From: Podarcis cretensis
Taxonomy: Eukaryota
Reading direction: 5' to 3'
NCBI GenBank assembly: GCA_951804945.1
Contig: OX638157.1
Location: 51,460,001-51,524,000, forward strand
DNA: 64,000 nucleotides
In this document: positions 49,035 to 62,802 of the stretch, one piece after another
How positions within the stretch are numbered: position 1 is the first letter of the stretch
Layout of the letters: each line of letters opens with the position of its first letter
The notes under the pieces: model-generated
What the model saw: the letters and a program-made list of their open reading frames with translations, nothing else
Told to the model about the DNA's origin: nothing
Database searches by the model: none
Position numbers and translations under genes: made by a program

Positions 49035-52000
49035 AGAAAGTAATAAAAGTAATAAAAAAATAATTTTCTGCAGTCTGTGGGTTTCCTCCTGGATGTTCTT
49101 GGTCTGCTTTTTACCTGCTTTGTTCAGTTATTGGGGATAGGAGGGATATGATACCTACATGTTGAAGGTTTGGCATTTTTAGATGGGAGTTTGCCTACCC
49201 TGTGTTTCTGCTTTGGGGATGTTTTCCTTCTCATTTTTGTGGAGTGTGTGTGCTTTGGTGTTTTGGCTGTAGTCTTTTGAGAGGTGTTTCTGAGTATCAC
49301 CAGTTTTTCTTTTGTGAAATTGGTATTTTGTGGTGTCTGTGACAGTTTATTAGAATTCCAAATGTGCCCACAAGCCCCCAAAGGTTGGGGAAATCATTGC
49401 TAGGCTGCAGGTCAGCTTCATGCCCACAAACAACCCTTTTATAGCTGCTGGCGTTTTGCAGAGCTGAAAACCTTAAGCAAAGAGGCATAGTTTGGCTTGC
49501 TTAGAGTATTTTGATGCTATTTGCATATCATTTTGCAACTTTGGCACTAGGATACAGTATAATAGATGTAGAGGATAGGTTGGGTTTGACTTCTGAAATA
49601 AAACTGTTTGGAAAATGTTCATTTGGAAACAGAAGGTGTCCTTGAAAAGCTCAGTAGTGAAGAATGAAGAATTAGTTATGTTAACATGGAGTCTAGTGGT
49701 ATTATACATTATTATATTAGAAATCAAAAGAGGGAGTTTGATTAAATGCCAATTTTTATTTTTTTATTTTTATTTTTGTAAAATCCCCAAATATCTAAAA
49801 GGGGTAACAGGCTGGGAATAAGGCTATAAAACTCAGCATCACAACCGGCAATGTTACCCACTAAACTGGGCATCAAGTTTATGTTGTGGCTCTGATTGAT
49901 ATTCCTCGGTGCCTATTAATAATGTTGCAAGCTGTTTAAGCCCGGTTTAGTAGACCCACTGCTTCACTTTAGGGCCTCTTGTTGATACTGTAAGATAGAG
50001 TGCAATAGAAGGTAAAAATAAAAGTTCTGTGTTTTCAGCTCTGTCCAGAAATGTGAAACCTTTTCCGCTTGGGAATCTCAAGCCACTGATGTTCTTTGCC
50101 TTTAAATCAGCACTTGGTTTTTACATGTGTTGTTAAGTTTTGATGGTCTATGAATCACTATGCAGTGATTATGGCTTTGCAAAAAGCCTTTGGAATGTTT
50201 AAATCTCTGTGTACTATAAAGTCTTCTCATATGTTTATTGGGGGGGGGGGCATTTCTTAGCCTTGGAGATTTATTCTAATGCACCAGCAATGAATGTTGC
50301 AATTCCATTTTGCATTCGTTCATCTTTCTTTTACAGCTAGCTCTGTGTTATACCATGCTATTTCCACATCTCAGTAATTTGTTTGAGTTGAAGGTGCTAG
50401 GGCAAGTTTCATATGTGGAGTTGGGCAGTATTCCTAAGAACATACAGTGCCCAAGGAAGGTCCAGAAGAAGGCAGCATACTTTTGTGGATTCATGTTACA
50501 TAAATAAATTCACTGCTTTTCTATTATGTAAGCCTCAAGCCAGCTAGCAGGCTAAAAATGAAATAGCTGCTGAATTGTCCACAAGGCACTGTCATTTGTC
50601 ATGATTATAGGAATGGAACTGTTCTGAGGAATAGAACCCATCAGTATCCTTTGAAGAAATGTTCTGAATGACGTGAAAATGGAATGCAAGTAACTAGAGC
50701 TGTCACTGGTTCAGGAGTGTTGTAAATGGTGTTCTCGTGATGTCTAATGAAGGACAAGGTAAGGAATTAGTTGAGCTGACAGCTCCATAGCAAATTTAGT
50801 AAAACCTGAGATGCTGCCCTTCTTTCACAGGACAAATGTGACAATCAATATGAAAGGGAAAATATGGGATTCATGAGGGTTCTTCTGTAAAATATATACT
50901 GGGTCACATATGATAGTGTGTTCACACTCTCTCTCTGCTGATCTTCCAGTTCTATTTCACTACATGAGCCCAACCAGTCAAGGGTTTTGTACCAAGTAAC
51001 AATATGACAGCAAATCGGATTTGGCCTCATAGTGTGGTCATTATGGGAAAATGAAGCAACATTGTGCACATTGAAGTGGGGGAGAACAGAATGTGTCTTC
51101 GCATTGTTCAGGCAACCTGACAATGTTCTGTACCTTCTTACTTTGTGGTTTGGCAATTTAATTACCTGCTGTCCTGTTGTTGGATTACAAGAAGCATGAG
51201 ACTGTTGTCTAGGCAGGGTGGGTGTTGTATGGAACATATTTCTTATAACACCTGCTCCCATGGATCCTGATTTTTGTTTTTCTTTTTATTTAGTCATTTG
51301 GCAGTATATATCTTGAATTTCACATGCTCGTTTCAAGACTTGTGAAACTGCATATACTTCTGTTGGTTGGGAGAGTGACTGGATAAATCAATTTGTGTTT
51401 CAAATGCATAATATATAAAGTATTTGGCTTCTTGCCCCATATTTGCTGATCAAGCATTGACCCTTTGATGCAACCTCTGTCAAATAGTATAATGGGTAGA
51501 AGGTAGATGACAAAAAACACCTTAAAAATTAGTTAATAGTTTTTTAGAATAATCATTCCCGCAAACCTATGCACTATGATATTATGCCAGCACAGCTGTC
51601 AATCATATAGCAGATCTTATTCTTTATATGTCTAAACAGTTCTGCACTGAAATATATTTTTAAAGTTCAGAACTTTAATTTACGTAGTTCTTTTTCTAAA
51701 CTATTTTGAATATATTTCTTTTAAAATTTTGTAATGTATATTATAGCAGCTCATAGTCCAGTGCAAGATTTATTTGAATGAATGAATGGAATGCAACAGA
51801 GGACGTAGAAGATTTCTTTTGGGATTTACAGTTGTGTTCAAACTTGGTGGCATACAAGAAGTTGGTTTGATGAACAAAAGCAGTCAGTCTCATATATCTT
51901 GACTGTTGAACTGCTCAGGGTCCTGACAGCTGGATCACTTACTGACCCTTTTCTTCATGCAATCTCTTCAGGGATCAAACAGAGTACTGCTATACTGAGC

Positions 52001-55000
52001 ATTTTCCAAATGCAGGAGGACTGAACTGGAGACAGTATCATCTTAGATTGATGGCTAGATTGATAGTAAAAAGCACAAAAGGTTCAAGCCCCTCAGTAGC
52101 ATGAAATCATCTAACAGGTAGACATATTTGCTTATAAACTGAAAAAGTAAGTAATAATAGTGTTTCATGATTACATTATATGGTATTTTATGATTACAAA
52201 ATAGCTAGCAGATGGCAGAGTATACATTTTGCTTGTTTACCACAATGATGGATAACAGTGATTGAAAAAATATTTTTTATCTTTATTTGATGAACAGTAG
52301 TGGACAAGCCATTTGCAATATGAGTCAACAATAATTTATATGTATTTAGGGCTTTTAGAGTAATCTGTAATTTTCCCTTCCCCATCTTTTTTTAGAGAGA
52401 ACCTTCTCTTTGTGTGCGTGCTTATAATTCAGATTTGTATATGTGTGTTTCTGTTGTGAAACATTTAATGCCCTTCATTTTAAGGGAGATAGATACCATA
52501 TTTTCAAGTTTTTTAAAAAAGAATAATCAGTTTTTATAAGAATCAGTTGGAGCCTATGTACTATTTTTCTGCTTTTTGCTGGTGTAGAAATGTTTGAGAG
52601 TACGTGTCATTTTTCTCTTATTTCAAGCCACTTGTGTTATGTCTTCTTGCTTTCAGACTTTGCTGGTAATCAGTGTGTCGTACTTGTCACAAATTTCTTA
52701 GAAATTTTGTTCATTATTGGTCTATAATAGCACTGGCTAGATTCAAAAGCTCCTTAAATTTTAATATGCCACACCCTCACAATACTAGCTGACATAATTC
52801 TAAATTTTAATTGAATTTTCAAACAAAATATTAATATTACACAATCGATGAAACAACATTACTGTAATGGAATACCACAGACATTGTTTGGTTATTTGTA
52901 CTCCCTGATTTCAGTTAGAGCCAAAGAAATAACTGCATTTAGTTGGAAGAATGTTATTTTGTTGAAGTATGACATATACCATCTCTGTGTATGATTCCAC
53001 TTTGGTAATGGGCATTCTTCTCCTCATTGTGCATAGTGCAGAAATGAAGTGTGCTGCAAGTTCACAGGAACTACTAGGCCTTCACACACACACTTTTCTG
53101 ACCACGTTCTAACTGGAGAGAACCGGTCATCTCAGACACAATCATAGGTTTATCTGCATGTAGGTTAGTTCCTATTTGTTTGTTTTTTAACCCAGAAATG
53201 AAGAGCTGCTATGTTATGGTTTATCTACTGTGTTTTGGCCCAAGCGTCCCCAGAATGGTGAACAGCATGTTAATGGAGTAGTTTCTAGCAGGGGTGTGCT
53301 CTATGTGTACTTCAAAGTATGAGACGAATAAGGGTGATTCAGATAAAGTTCTCAAATTTCCAACTGGGATTGTGCTGTTAACAAGGCATTTCTGCAGATC
53401 AGGGAGTCCCTAAGCTCTGAGCGGCACTGCAGCTTCAGTTCTCTGAAAAATGCATTGCAATGTTTTCCCTTCCCCAAGAAAGTAAACCAAGCTGACTGGA
53501 GAAGTGCCTAGAGCTTGAAAGGGGAGAGGTGGGGGAATCTTTCATTTTGATGAGCAAGTCTAGCTTTTAATCGCGGTGAATTGTTTTCTGAAGCAATTTC
53601 CAATCACAGTGATTTAGGGCAGGTATGTTGGTGTAAATAACCAGATTTGTTCTGGAGAGTGGGCTGGGATGGCCTGCTTCCTTCCTAATCATTCTTTTCT
53701 CTAACAAGCAATTAAAATTAATAGCTCTTTCTTTCTTCTTCTTCATGGAGGGTACTTCCAAGAAGAGGTTGGGGGAGAGAAAAGCTCTGACTTTCCCAGT
53801 TTTGTTATAATGAAGGTAAAATCATTAGCACGTTAGCCCTTATTTTCCTGAACTTTGGCAAGTTTCTTACAGAGTGGTATCTTTCTCATATCCCCAGTTT
53901 TCAGTTTGGACCCAAATAATGAATTGAATCAAAATGACATGGAGCAGATCTGAAACGGATCAGACTGCTTACAAAGGCTACAGATGAGTCTTTTGGTCAC
54001 AACACATCCCTAGTTTCAGAAAGATCCAGGGACAGATGAATCCCGCATCCTTTCCAGATCAATGACATTATTTTCTGCCCACCCAGGGGGAATAGGAGAG
54101 AAAGGAGAAAGGGTAGGGCAAAGACGCACATAAACCAATAACCTCTTCCCTCCATCTTATTGGCTTCAGAAATTAGTTTGTCTAGGTTCAGAATTCCAAT
54201 GGATTAAGACCTATTTGCACTTGACTGTTCATAAAAATATATTTATAAGTTTACTAGCTTGGAAAATGTCTCAGTAATTGACATGTGCAATGCCACTTGC
54301 TCTCTAACCCAAAGCAGGGTCTAGATTGTCAAGAAAAATAATAATACATCTGGTAGTTATATTTCAAAATATGTGGGAAGCAAGAGTGAATTACAGTACT
54401 GAAAACATCATTGTCTTGGTCTGCCCTTTTTGGTTTATTGTTTGGCATTCACCCAGATGATTTGTATACCTCGAGGTTGCCAGTGCTGCTTTTCAGAGTG
54501 CTTTGCACATTAAATTAGATGACTCCTCTAAGAGAAAGGGACAGTAATATCTGCACATGCAGTATAGTGTTAATACTATTTCACAGTAATATAATTCTGG
54601 CTTTGTAAAACAGTTTACAATCAAGGCTGCTCCTCTTTAAAAGCCTACATTTTATGGCTCCTTTACAGTTTTTTGATAGTTCCCTTGTGGAGTAAAAAGG
54701 ACTTTACTGTTTTCTATTTAAATTATTGCTTTCATTGGCTCATTTTTAATTTGATCATTTTGATTCCTATCACAGTTAACCCCCTCGCTTGAGTCACTTA
54801 GAAGTCTTTGTAATAGCAAAAAGCTTCCATTAACCCCTATCAGTGATTCCATGCAGATTATACATATGAGCCACCAAGCTGTTTCTGAAATTTGCTCCAG
54901 GGATTCTGCTTCTACATATTTGCCAAATTAATTATTATGTGAGATGGCAATAATATTGATCAAATTTCAAAAATGAATGGTATAAATTAACCCATGGATT

Positions 55001-58000
55001 GTAACACTCAAGTCACCATGAAGTATCTTCAGAATCCCATTGGTAATATTATTTCATATGAATTCTCAAACAAGAAAACAAACCAATAGGAAAAATGAGG
55101 AAAGGGACAGTGGCACAGTGGTGCAATGTGCATGATTTTAGTATTGTTTGTACAATATAATTCTGTCCTTCAGCCTCTTAACAACATATGGAGGACTCAA
55201 CCAAATACATAGTTTGGTTCAAGCTTCAAGGTTAGGGCCTTTCATATTAGAAAGCAGATACATAACACTGTCAGTGTATGAAAAATGTTATTACAGAATT
55301 ACTGCTTTCTTATACAATGTGAAACAAAGTAGCCACTGTGGTGGTCTAATTATCTTGAAGAAGAAAAAGATTAGATAGATAGCCCTTCCTTCCAAAGTAA
55401 CATATGGTACATTAACAAATATAAATCCATTTTTTAAGCCAAACTATTGAAGCCATAAAATCTTTATTTGCTTGGTTGGCAACATGGTTTAACCATGACC
55501 ATACTTGAATTCTAGTAGTGGCTCAAGGACAGCAATATTGTCCTGGCTTTCTGTCTTGTTCTCATGCTAACCAAAACAGAGGCAAGACATTCTTTATAAG
55601 TAGCTCCTCTCAGTATGGGAGAAGTTTTGGCAGATGCATTCCCATATGAAAATAAACTTCTCACTTTTATTTATCTGAATTTCACTCGTGTACAGGTGTG
55701 AGCAGCTGAGGTAGAACAGGCTCACCCTTCATCTTGGAGGTAAGGGGTTAAGCAGTGTCTTTTTTTGTACTACAGTTCTGGAGAAAGGACTATTTAGGAG
55801 TGAAGCTGAAGGTCATGCTAGAAACCTTTGGTGCTGAATTACTTATACAGACCTAACCTTATTCCATGCTCAGTGTAATTCAACTTTTTTCTTTCTACTA
55901 CTGTATCCCGGGGAAGCCTGTTTAAATGAAGTTCCAAGTTTATAGAACCTATGCATGGAAGGTAGAGGAGCATGATGCTCTATACCTGCCTCATAGAGTA
56001 ATCTGTCATGGCTCCAGGCCCCTTCCATTGGATGTAATGTTTGTATTTGATGGGTAACTTCCAACATCTGAGTTCCAAGCCATGCAATTGCTGGTTGGAT
56101 GTTTTTTGACAAATACTGTCGGGGCATTCGCTTGCTGGAAGTTACATAGCTAAGCCCTTTGCATATGTTGTTGCCAACAAAAGGATGTGAACAGATGTGG
56201 GGGAGAGGCACAACTGTGCTCCCCAACTCAAATAGTAATCAGGTTATTAGGGGAATTATATTTGGAAAATAAATATAATTGGGAAATAAAAGGAAGTATA
56301 GTTTTTTTACAGTGCACAAATATTTTCCATGGTATCTTTATCTCATATCAGTTCTTTAAAGTAGTCTCCCAGGGGGTTAGTTTTCAAAGCATGTGTCAGG
56401 ATTTCTCTGTAATAGAAGCTTGGTTTCTGAACTCTCCATTTACACACACATTCCATGGCTGTGTATAGTAATTAAATATGCCAGTTTCTGTAAAATGAAA
56501 CTTGATCCTGCACTCTTGTTTTATACACAGAATGTAAAATTAAGACTGTTTTACGTTGTTGAGGATAATGATTTGAGAAAAATGATGCTTCGGTGTAGCA
56601 TGTGATATTGGAGATTTCAGTGCACAAAACAAACAATGCAATAATGATTTATTACACAAATGTTTATAGGAGAGATGATATGTAGGTTCTACATTTTGTT
56701 GAGATTGCTTTAGGCATAAAGTGAGGTGAATTAGTAACTTGCAGAAGGATTGATACACTGCTTCACTGCTTGCACTCATTCAAATGCGTTTTCTCATCCT
56801 GAACCTGAAAACCTGAGTTTATCTATGTACCTTAAACATAGTGTAATCTAGAGCACTTGTGCAATATCAAATAATATATTAACACCAGCACAGCAATATG
56901 TACCTTCTGAGCTAAATATTCAGACCAGCTTGTTAGCAATCCAAAAGTCAGTATGGTGTAATGGGTGGAATGTTGGACTTGGACCAGGGAAGTAAACTAA
57001 GCTGTATTAGCATGTTAATGAACAATTAACATACTCTTCAATTCCTGTGCTAGAAAATGTGTTCTGTGGTGTTAAGGGACCTCTTCCTTTAGTTATTTGC
57101 TTAGGGTGAGTTCACACATGAATGACCATCACCAGCGAAAGCAGTATCAGTAGAAGACTTCCATGTCTAAAACATTAACAACAGAACAAACACAATGGCC
57201 AGAACTTAATTATTTTGATATGAAGCAAGGTGTTCATTAATGTGTGATACATAAGATGTGAATCTATGTGTTAGTCAGTACTTAGGAAATACATTTTTAA
57301 AAAGATAAAGCTGACAACACCTTTTTTATTTTTTTGCCTGTTCATGGATTAATTGCACCCGAAAAGCTTGCAGTCATTAATTCATTAATAAAGTAGTCAT
57401 CTTACAAAAGTTTCTTTAATAATTAGTTTCAGTTTAATTTTGTATATAGTCTACTTTTTCCATCGCAGTTTAAGTAACTTTTTCCATATTTACATTGCAT
57501 CTCTGTTTTATGAACTGAGATAAAATTGTAGTCCCATAGTTCTTACTTAGTTTTACTTTCCTCTCAGATTTCTTTTTGCAAAATCAGATGACTTTTTTCA
57601 TTTCATTTCATTTAAATTATCAGTATTTTGAGTAAGAAATGAAATTCTAAAATTAAAAGTGGACTATTGAGCTGGAAGGCAACTTCAAAGCTAGAAAAAA
57701 ATATAGTAATGGATATTTCACAACAAAAATTCTAGTTTTTGAAGCCCAAATCACTCCACTTCAAAATATACCTGAACCTTCTTCCTTTTTGCCCCTTTAG
57801 CATTAGTCTTATTTCCACCTTATGAAATGAGCAACTGGATTAGTTTAGATCAGTTACGCTGTCTTGGAGAGGCTTGAGGGAGAATTGGAAATGCATCCAC
57901 TATATCTCTTGTGTAAATTAGGTTTTTGATCGTTTTGATGAGGGATAATTGCTTAAACATGACAGTTAATTTGTGTTTTGTATTCCTGCATAGAAGCTTC

Positions 58001-58262
58001 AGAGAAGTATGTTATCCTGGATATTGCTGACTTTAGTTTAAATTTTCTTGACTTTATACTACTAGAGGCACTATATCTAACTACAGGAGCTTCCATGTTT
58101 TACAGTGCACTAATGCAGCAATCTGTGAGGAGAAATAGTTTTCCATTTTTTAAAAAAGTGTGATTGATAGGAATGATCCACCGAAGTTTTCAGCACTATA
58201 CCTCCCACTGAAGTCAATGGAATTTAAAAGTACGGTACTGAACTTTGACTGGCTCATTCCCA

Positions 58263-58266
<4 letters not shown>

Positions 58267-58294
<28 letters not shown>
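58267..58294. repeat. (TG)14 microsatellite
   Basis: Direct reading of the sequence. Confidence 0.95.
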
Positions 58295-60548
58295 ACATCC
58301 AAATCATGTGAGCAAACTTCCACGGCTGCAGGGGCAAGAAAGTTGCTTTAGCATTGATATCCATTTTGTGGCTCAAGGGACAGTCCCTTAGACCTTTCTG
58401 AATCTTTGCCATAGGTATAAAGTGCAGTCTTTCTTTTTAATCCAGTTTTTATATGCTTTTAAACAATATATTTTAAATACTGTAATAGTGTTAGCTGTTC
58501 ATTCCATATTGCTTTCCTGTAAATTATCACAATGGTAATTGTAAAAGATATAATTTGGAACTTAGATCAAAAGCATAGAGTATGTGAATGCTAAATCTTC
58601 AAAGAACATCAAGCCTGTCTGGGCACACTTTACTGTAGTGTTACAGCTTAATTCTTACCTTTGGGATAATAAGCGAAGGATCTGGGAAACAAACTATAGC
58701 AAGCCCAAGTATTTTGTTCCCAGGAAAGCCCAACCAAAAGCTTTCCTTTGCAGCAGTTTGTGTACAAACACAGTTCATTTGAGGTGGAGATGGAAGTGTA
58801 GTATGCTGCTATATATATATATATACACACACACCTTTTCAGGTTCTAAATAGTCCTAGACTATGAACAGTTGTTTTATTTTTATAAAGAACTTTTTTAT
58901 AAATAACTTAATTTTTTATAAATAATTTCTCAGATGCAGTTAAAACATGACTTCGTATTTCACATGCAAATTGTTTCTTTTGCATATATTCCTTGTCTCC
59001 TGATTTTAATGCCATGCTAATTTCAGTGTTAATTGCTTCACTCTTACTATTCCTACATGTCCCAGTGTGATCTACTTTTGTTTTTGCCTAATTTGCCCAT
59101 TTCTTTAACAAGCAAAACATTGTGGATATAATTAAGAATGTAAGATGTTGCATTTCAAACACTGCAATCTGTATTTCAGAGACTCTAACATGTTAGCCTG
59201 AATCGCATAGCCCTCCACACTCACTGTAGGATCACTCAAATTTGCTACCAGATAATCAAGACTCCTGCCACTGGTAAAGTGAAAATGAATAGTGCCTGGA
59301 GCAATTCTAATATAGTATTAGTTGTAACCCAGCTATAAAGTCAAACTTCCCTAGCCTTGACTTTATTTAGAGCACATCTAGCACATGAAATAGGAAGTGC
59401 CTGTTCCTGCTTAAAGATGGTAAAGTCTTCGCTTAATTTAAATGTAGACTAAAAAGATGCAAGTACAGCATGCAGTTAGCTGAGCTTCGTATTATTCGAG
59501 GTTAAATGCAGGCTGTTAAAAAGGCACATTAGTGTACCTCTCGCTTTCCTAGCTTTAACATTTCTGGAATGCTTGAAGTATAGACACATACTGCTTCTTG
59601 AGAGACAGACTCCTGCAAATCTGTCTCCATTTACTCTTGTTAGAATTGAATCAGTACAATTGATAAGAAATGTCAGACAATAATGTGCCTGGTTAAACAG
59701 ACCATCTGCTTGTTTCATAACATTAACATTTATGCTTAGTACATTTGAAGAACTGTGTTTTGGGAGCCTGGTGGTCTCTGTTGTTAGAAGTCTGTGGGGG
59801 AAAATACACTACACACTATCTCCCAAGTTGTTTTCCCCCTTTATGATTAAACTTAATTATCAGTGAAGGTTGTTCTTTTCTGTTTTCCCCCGAATCAGTT
59901 ATGAAATCACTATTTTCACAGTTGCTCCGCATGAAATACTATAACCTTTAATATATTCTGCTACTGGTATTTGTATGTACATATCATACAGAAATCTGTC
60001 TGGGATCTGTACAGAGGATCTGGAAGCTATTTGTCACATTACTGTATTATTATTTTTTTAAAAAATGTCTTCTTATTTAAAGAAAAAGGTAGTAGTCCTC
60101 CAGACTTAAAAAACACACACATGCACAGCAAAGCTTTATGCTTCTCATGTCACACTGTGTGAAGCAGCCTGTAGTGTAGATGATGGAGATTTAAAAACCC
60201 TCAGAAACTAACAAGGAGAAGAACGAATTGAATGGAAAGGATAAAAATCAACTCTATTCCAAATATTCTCATTTCCATCCATTTGTATTTTATTTTTCAC
60301 TCTAAGCATCATCCATGCCTGGTACACAGGAAACACTTATTCACTTATTTTCTCTAGCTGTTCATTCCTTGGTGGGAAAAATTCTTCTTGTTTTCACACT
60401 CTTTCCCATTCATCTGCTCTCTTCATGGCATTACTAACTTGCCTTCTTTCCCTTAGTGAGTCCTACCTTCAAGAGCCTGACTTTTATTCTGGCTGATGTT
60501 GCTTACCACCCAAGCCTGAGGCCCATCCCTTGTCCCTTCAGTAGCTCA

Positions 60549-60551
<3 letters not shown>

Positions 60552-60587
<36 letters not shown>
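60552..60587. repeat. (CA)18 microsatellite
   Basis: Direct reading of the sequence. Confidence 0.95.
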
Positions 60588-60588
<1 letters not shown>

Positions 60589-60793
60589 CCATCACAGAAT
60601 ATCCTGCTTCAAGCACATCCCCATCCTGAAGACAATACATCAGGTGTGGATCTCACCGGGAGCTTAGTAAGTTTGTTCCTAATTTCTGGTTGGGTCTGCC
60701 AAAACAGGGAATTGTTAAAAATCAGAAATATATGGCTTGTGAGCTGCATCACTTTGATAGGCCACAAATTGGAAAAGCATTTTGATTTTTAGA

Positions 60794-60925
60794 NNNNNNN
60801 NNNNNNNNNNNNNNNNNNNNNNNNNNNNNNNNNNNNNNNNNNNNNNNNNNNNNNNNNNNNNNNNNNNNNNNNNNNNNNNNNNNNNNNNNNNNNNNNNNNN
60901 NNNNNNNNNNNNNNNNNNNNNNNNN
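60794..60925. other. Assembly gap (132 N)
   Basis: Run of n characters. Confidence 1.
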
Positions 60926-62074
60926 TCCACCTTTCCTGTCCAAAGAAGATTGACCTTGATAGGCATGAAGATTTTGTGTTTCTTCCAGTGCAGCACAATA
61001 CACAAAGCACTTCACAATAACATAAGAATGAAGTGCAATAAGATAATACATAATAAAATATGATAGCAACATTCTAAGACAACTCATTATCAATTTATTT
61101 CAGAACATTTCAGAAAAATATAAAAAATAGACTCAACACTTCAATAGGCCCACACAAAATCTCTCATTAATAAATTTAACATGACATTGGTTCTAAATAA
61201 TCCACTAACAGTTCAATAATATATCAACCCAAACTAAACAACAATAAGACAATAGTATGGAGCAAACTATAAAATCTAATTTCAAACAATTCATTTCAAA
61301 TCGAATTAGCAAAGCTTATAAACAGAGCAAGCTGAAGTCTGGCTGGAAAACTGTGCTGCACAGATCACACTGGCCAGTGCAGAAGGTGAGGAATAATTGT
61401 GTTTGCATGCTTGTTTTATTTGTTTGTTTGCTTGCTTGCTTGCTGTGGTACTTCTATGCTTTTTGCAGTTGAGGAGCCTAAGGATCAGGCTTTTTGAGAT
61501 CCACAGGGCTTTCAGTTCAGCAGCATGTTGTCCCAAAATTCCCTGTTCCCACTAGCTGCCCTAGCAGTGTCCTGAGTGCTTGAATTGAAGTGAACCTGAC
61601 TTACATCAATCATACAACCTTGGAGTACTGAAATAATTTGCAGACCTAAAGGGCAGCACCCTCTGCATTCAGCTGGGGGTGATTAAGAGCCATTGAAAGG
61701 CTACATTCTCTGCCTTTCAGGGAACATATCACAGTAATGGGATACTTGGATGCATCCATTGGCCAGTGAAAAAGCAGCTTGGGAGAGATTGTTTCCTCCC
61801 TCCTTGCCAGAAATAAAGAAACTGCTTTTTGACTTGGAATTGCAAAAACAAGGAGAAATGGCATTCTGGCCCCATTGACCAGGCAAAAGAACAAGAGCCA
61901 CCAAATTCTACTCAGGCAGAAACACTAGAAGGGAAGATCAGCCTGGTCCAAACTGGAAATCAATGCTTACAGCTTCACGCTGCTTTTTGGCACTGAAGAA
62001 CTGATAGGTTTTTTGTTTGTTTTTGCTTCTGCTCCTCTTCCATTGTGCATCTTGTCCTCCCTACCCCTCCATGA

Positions 62075-62225
62075 AAACTCACTAGGTGATCATGGACCAG
62101 TCACTCACTCTCAGCCTAACCTATCCCAGGGACGTTATTGTGAAAATAAAATGGGGAGAAGGAGAACTGTGTATGCCACCTTGATCTTCTTGGAGGAAAG
62201 ATGGAATACAGATGCAATTAATAAT
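62075..62225 (+). mobile_element. MIR/CORE-like SINE with L2-type tail
   Basis: ggtgatcatggaccagtcactcactctcagcctaacctatcccaggg...ttgtgaaaataaaatgggg...ttggaggaaagatggaatacagatgcaattaataat. Confidence 0.75.
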
Positions 62226-62310
62226 TATAATTATATAAAAACAGCAGGGGGCAGTGAATCGCAAGAGAGGCTCCAGCAAAAATCAAGATGCGGGGAAAAC
62301 TGTGAAGCCA

Positions 62311-62802
62311 GCCAGTGCCTCTACATAGCTTCATCCTTATTTCAGACATCAGGATGTATTGATATATTGCGATGTTTAGCTGGTGATGTATCGTGATGTT
62401 GAAAACCAGATATTTTCCAGCCATACTGATTGCCTCTACATAGTTCCATCCTTATTTCAGATACAGTGGTACCTCTGGAAACGAATGGGATCCGTTCCGG
62501 AGCCCCGTTCGTATCTAGAAGCAAACGTAACTAGCAATGGCACATCTGCACACGCACGCATCACTTTTCTCCGCTTCTGCGCATGCGTGTGACGTCATTT
62601 TGAGCGTCTGCGCATGCGCAAGCGGCGAAACCCGGAAGTAGCGCACTCCATTACTTCTGGGTTGCCGCGGAGCGCAACTTGAACGCGCTCAACGCGAAGC
62701 ACATTCAACCCGAGGTATGACTGTATTGTGATATATTGGTATATCACAATGTTTAGCAGGTGATATATCACAATGTTGAAAACCAGATATTGCCCAGCCC
62801 TA
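62311..62802. mobile_element. Tandemly duplicated end of a hAT-like element (terminal gatattgcccagcccta), interrupted by a MITE
   Basis: The ~110-bp unit tgcctctacatag...ccttatttcaga...gatgttgaaaaccagatatt...ccagcc occurs twice. The second copy is split at a TA by 62464-62723. Confidence 0.6.
62464..62723. mobile_element. Tigger/pogo-like MITE, family C (CpG-rich, young)
   Basis: TA|CAGTGGTACCTC ... GAGGTATGACTG|TA. Confidence 0.88.

Noticed and set aside
49120-49600. Possible old DNA-transposon remnant (similar texture at 53790-54012, ending cacatcccta)
   Set aside because: Termini and TSD could not be established by eye.
60715-61093. ORFs containing poly-X
   Set aside because: Artefacts of translating through the N gap.
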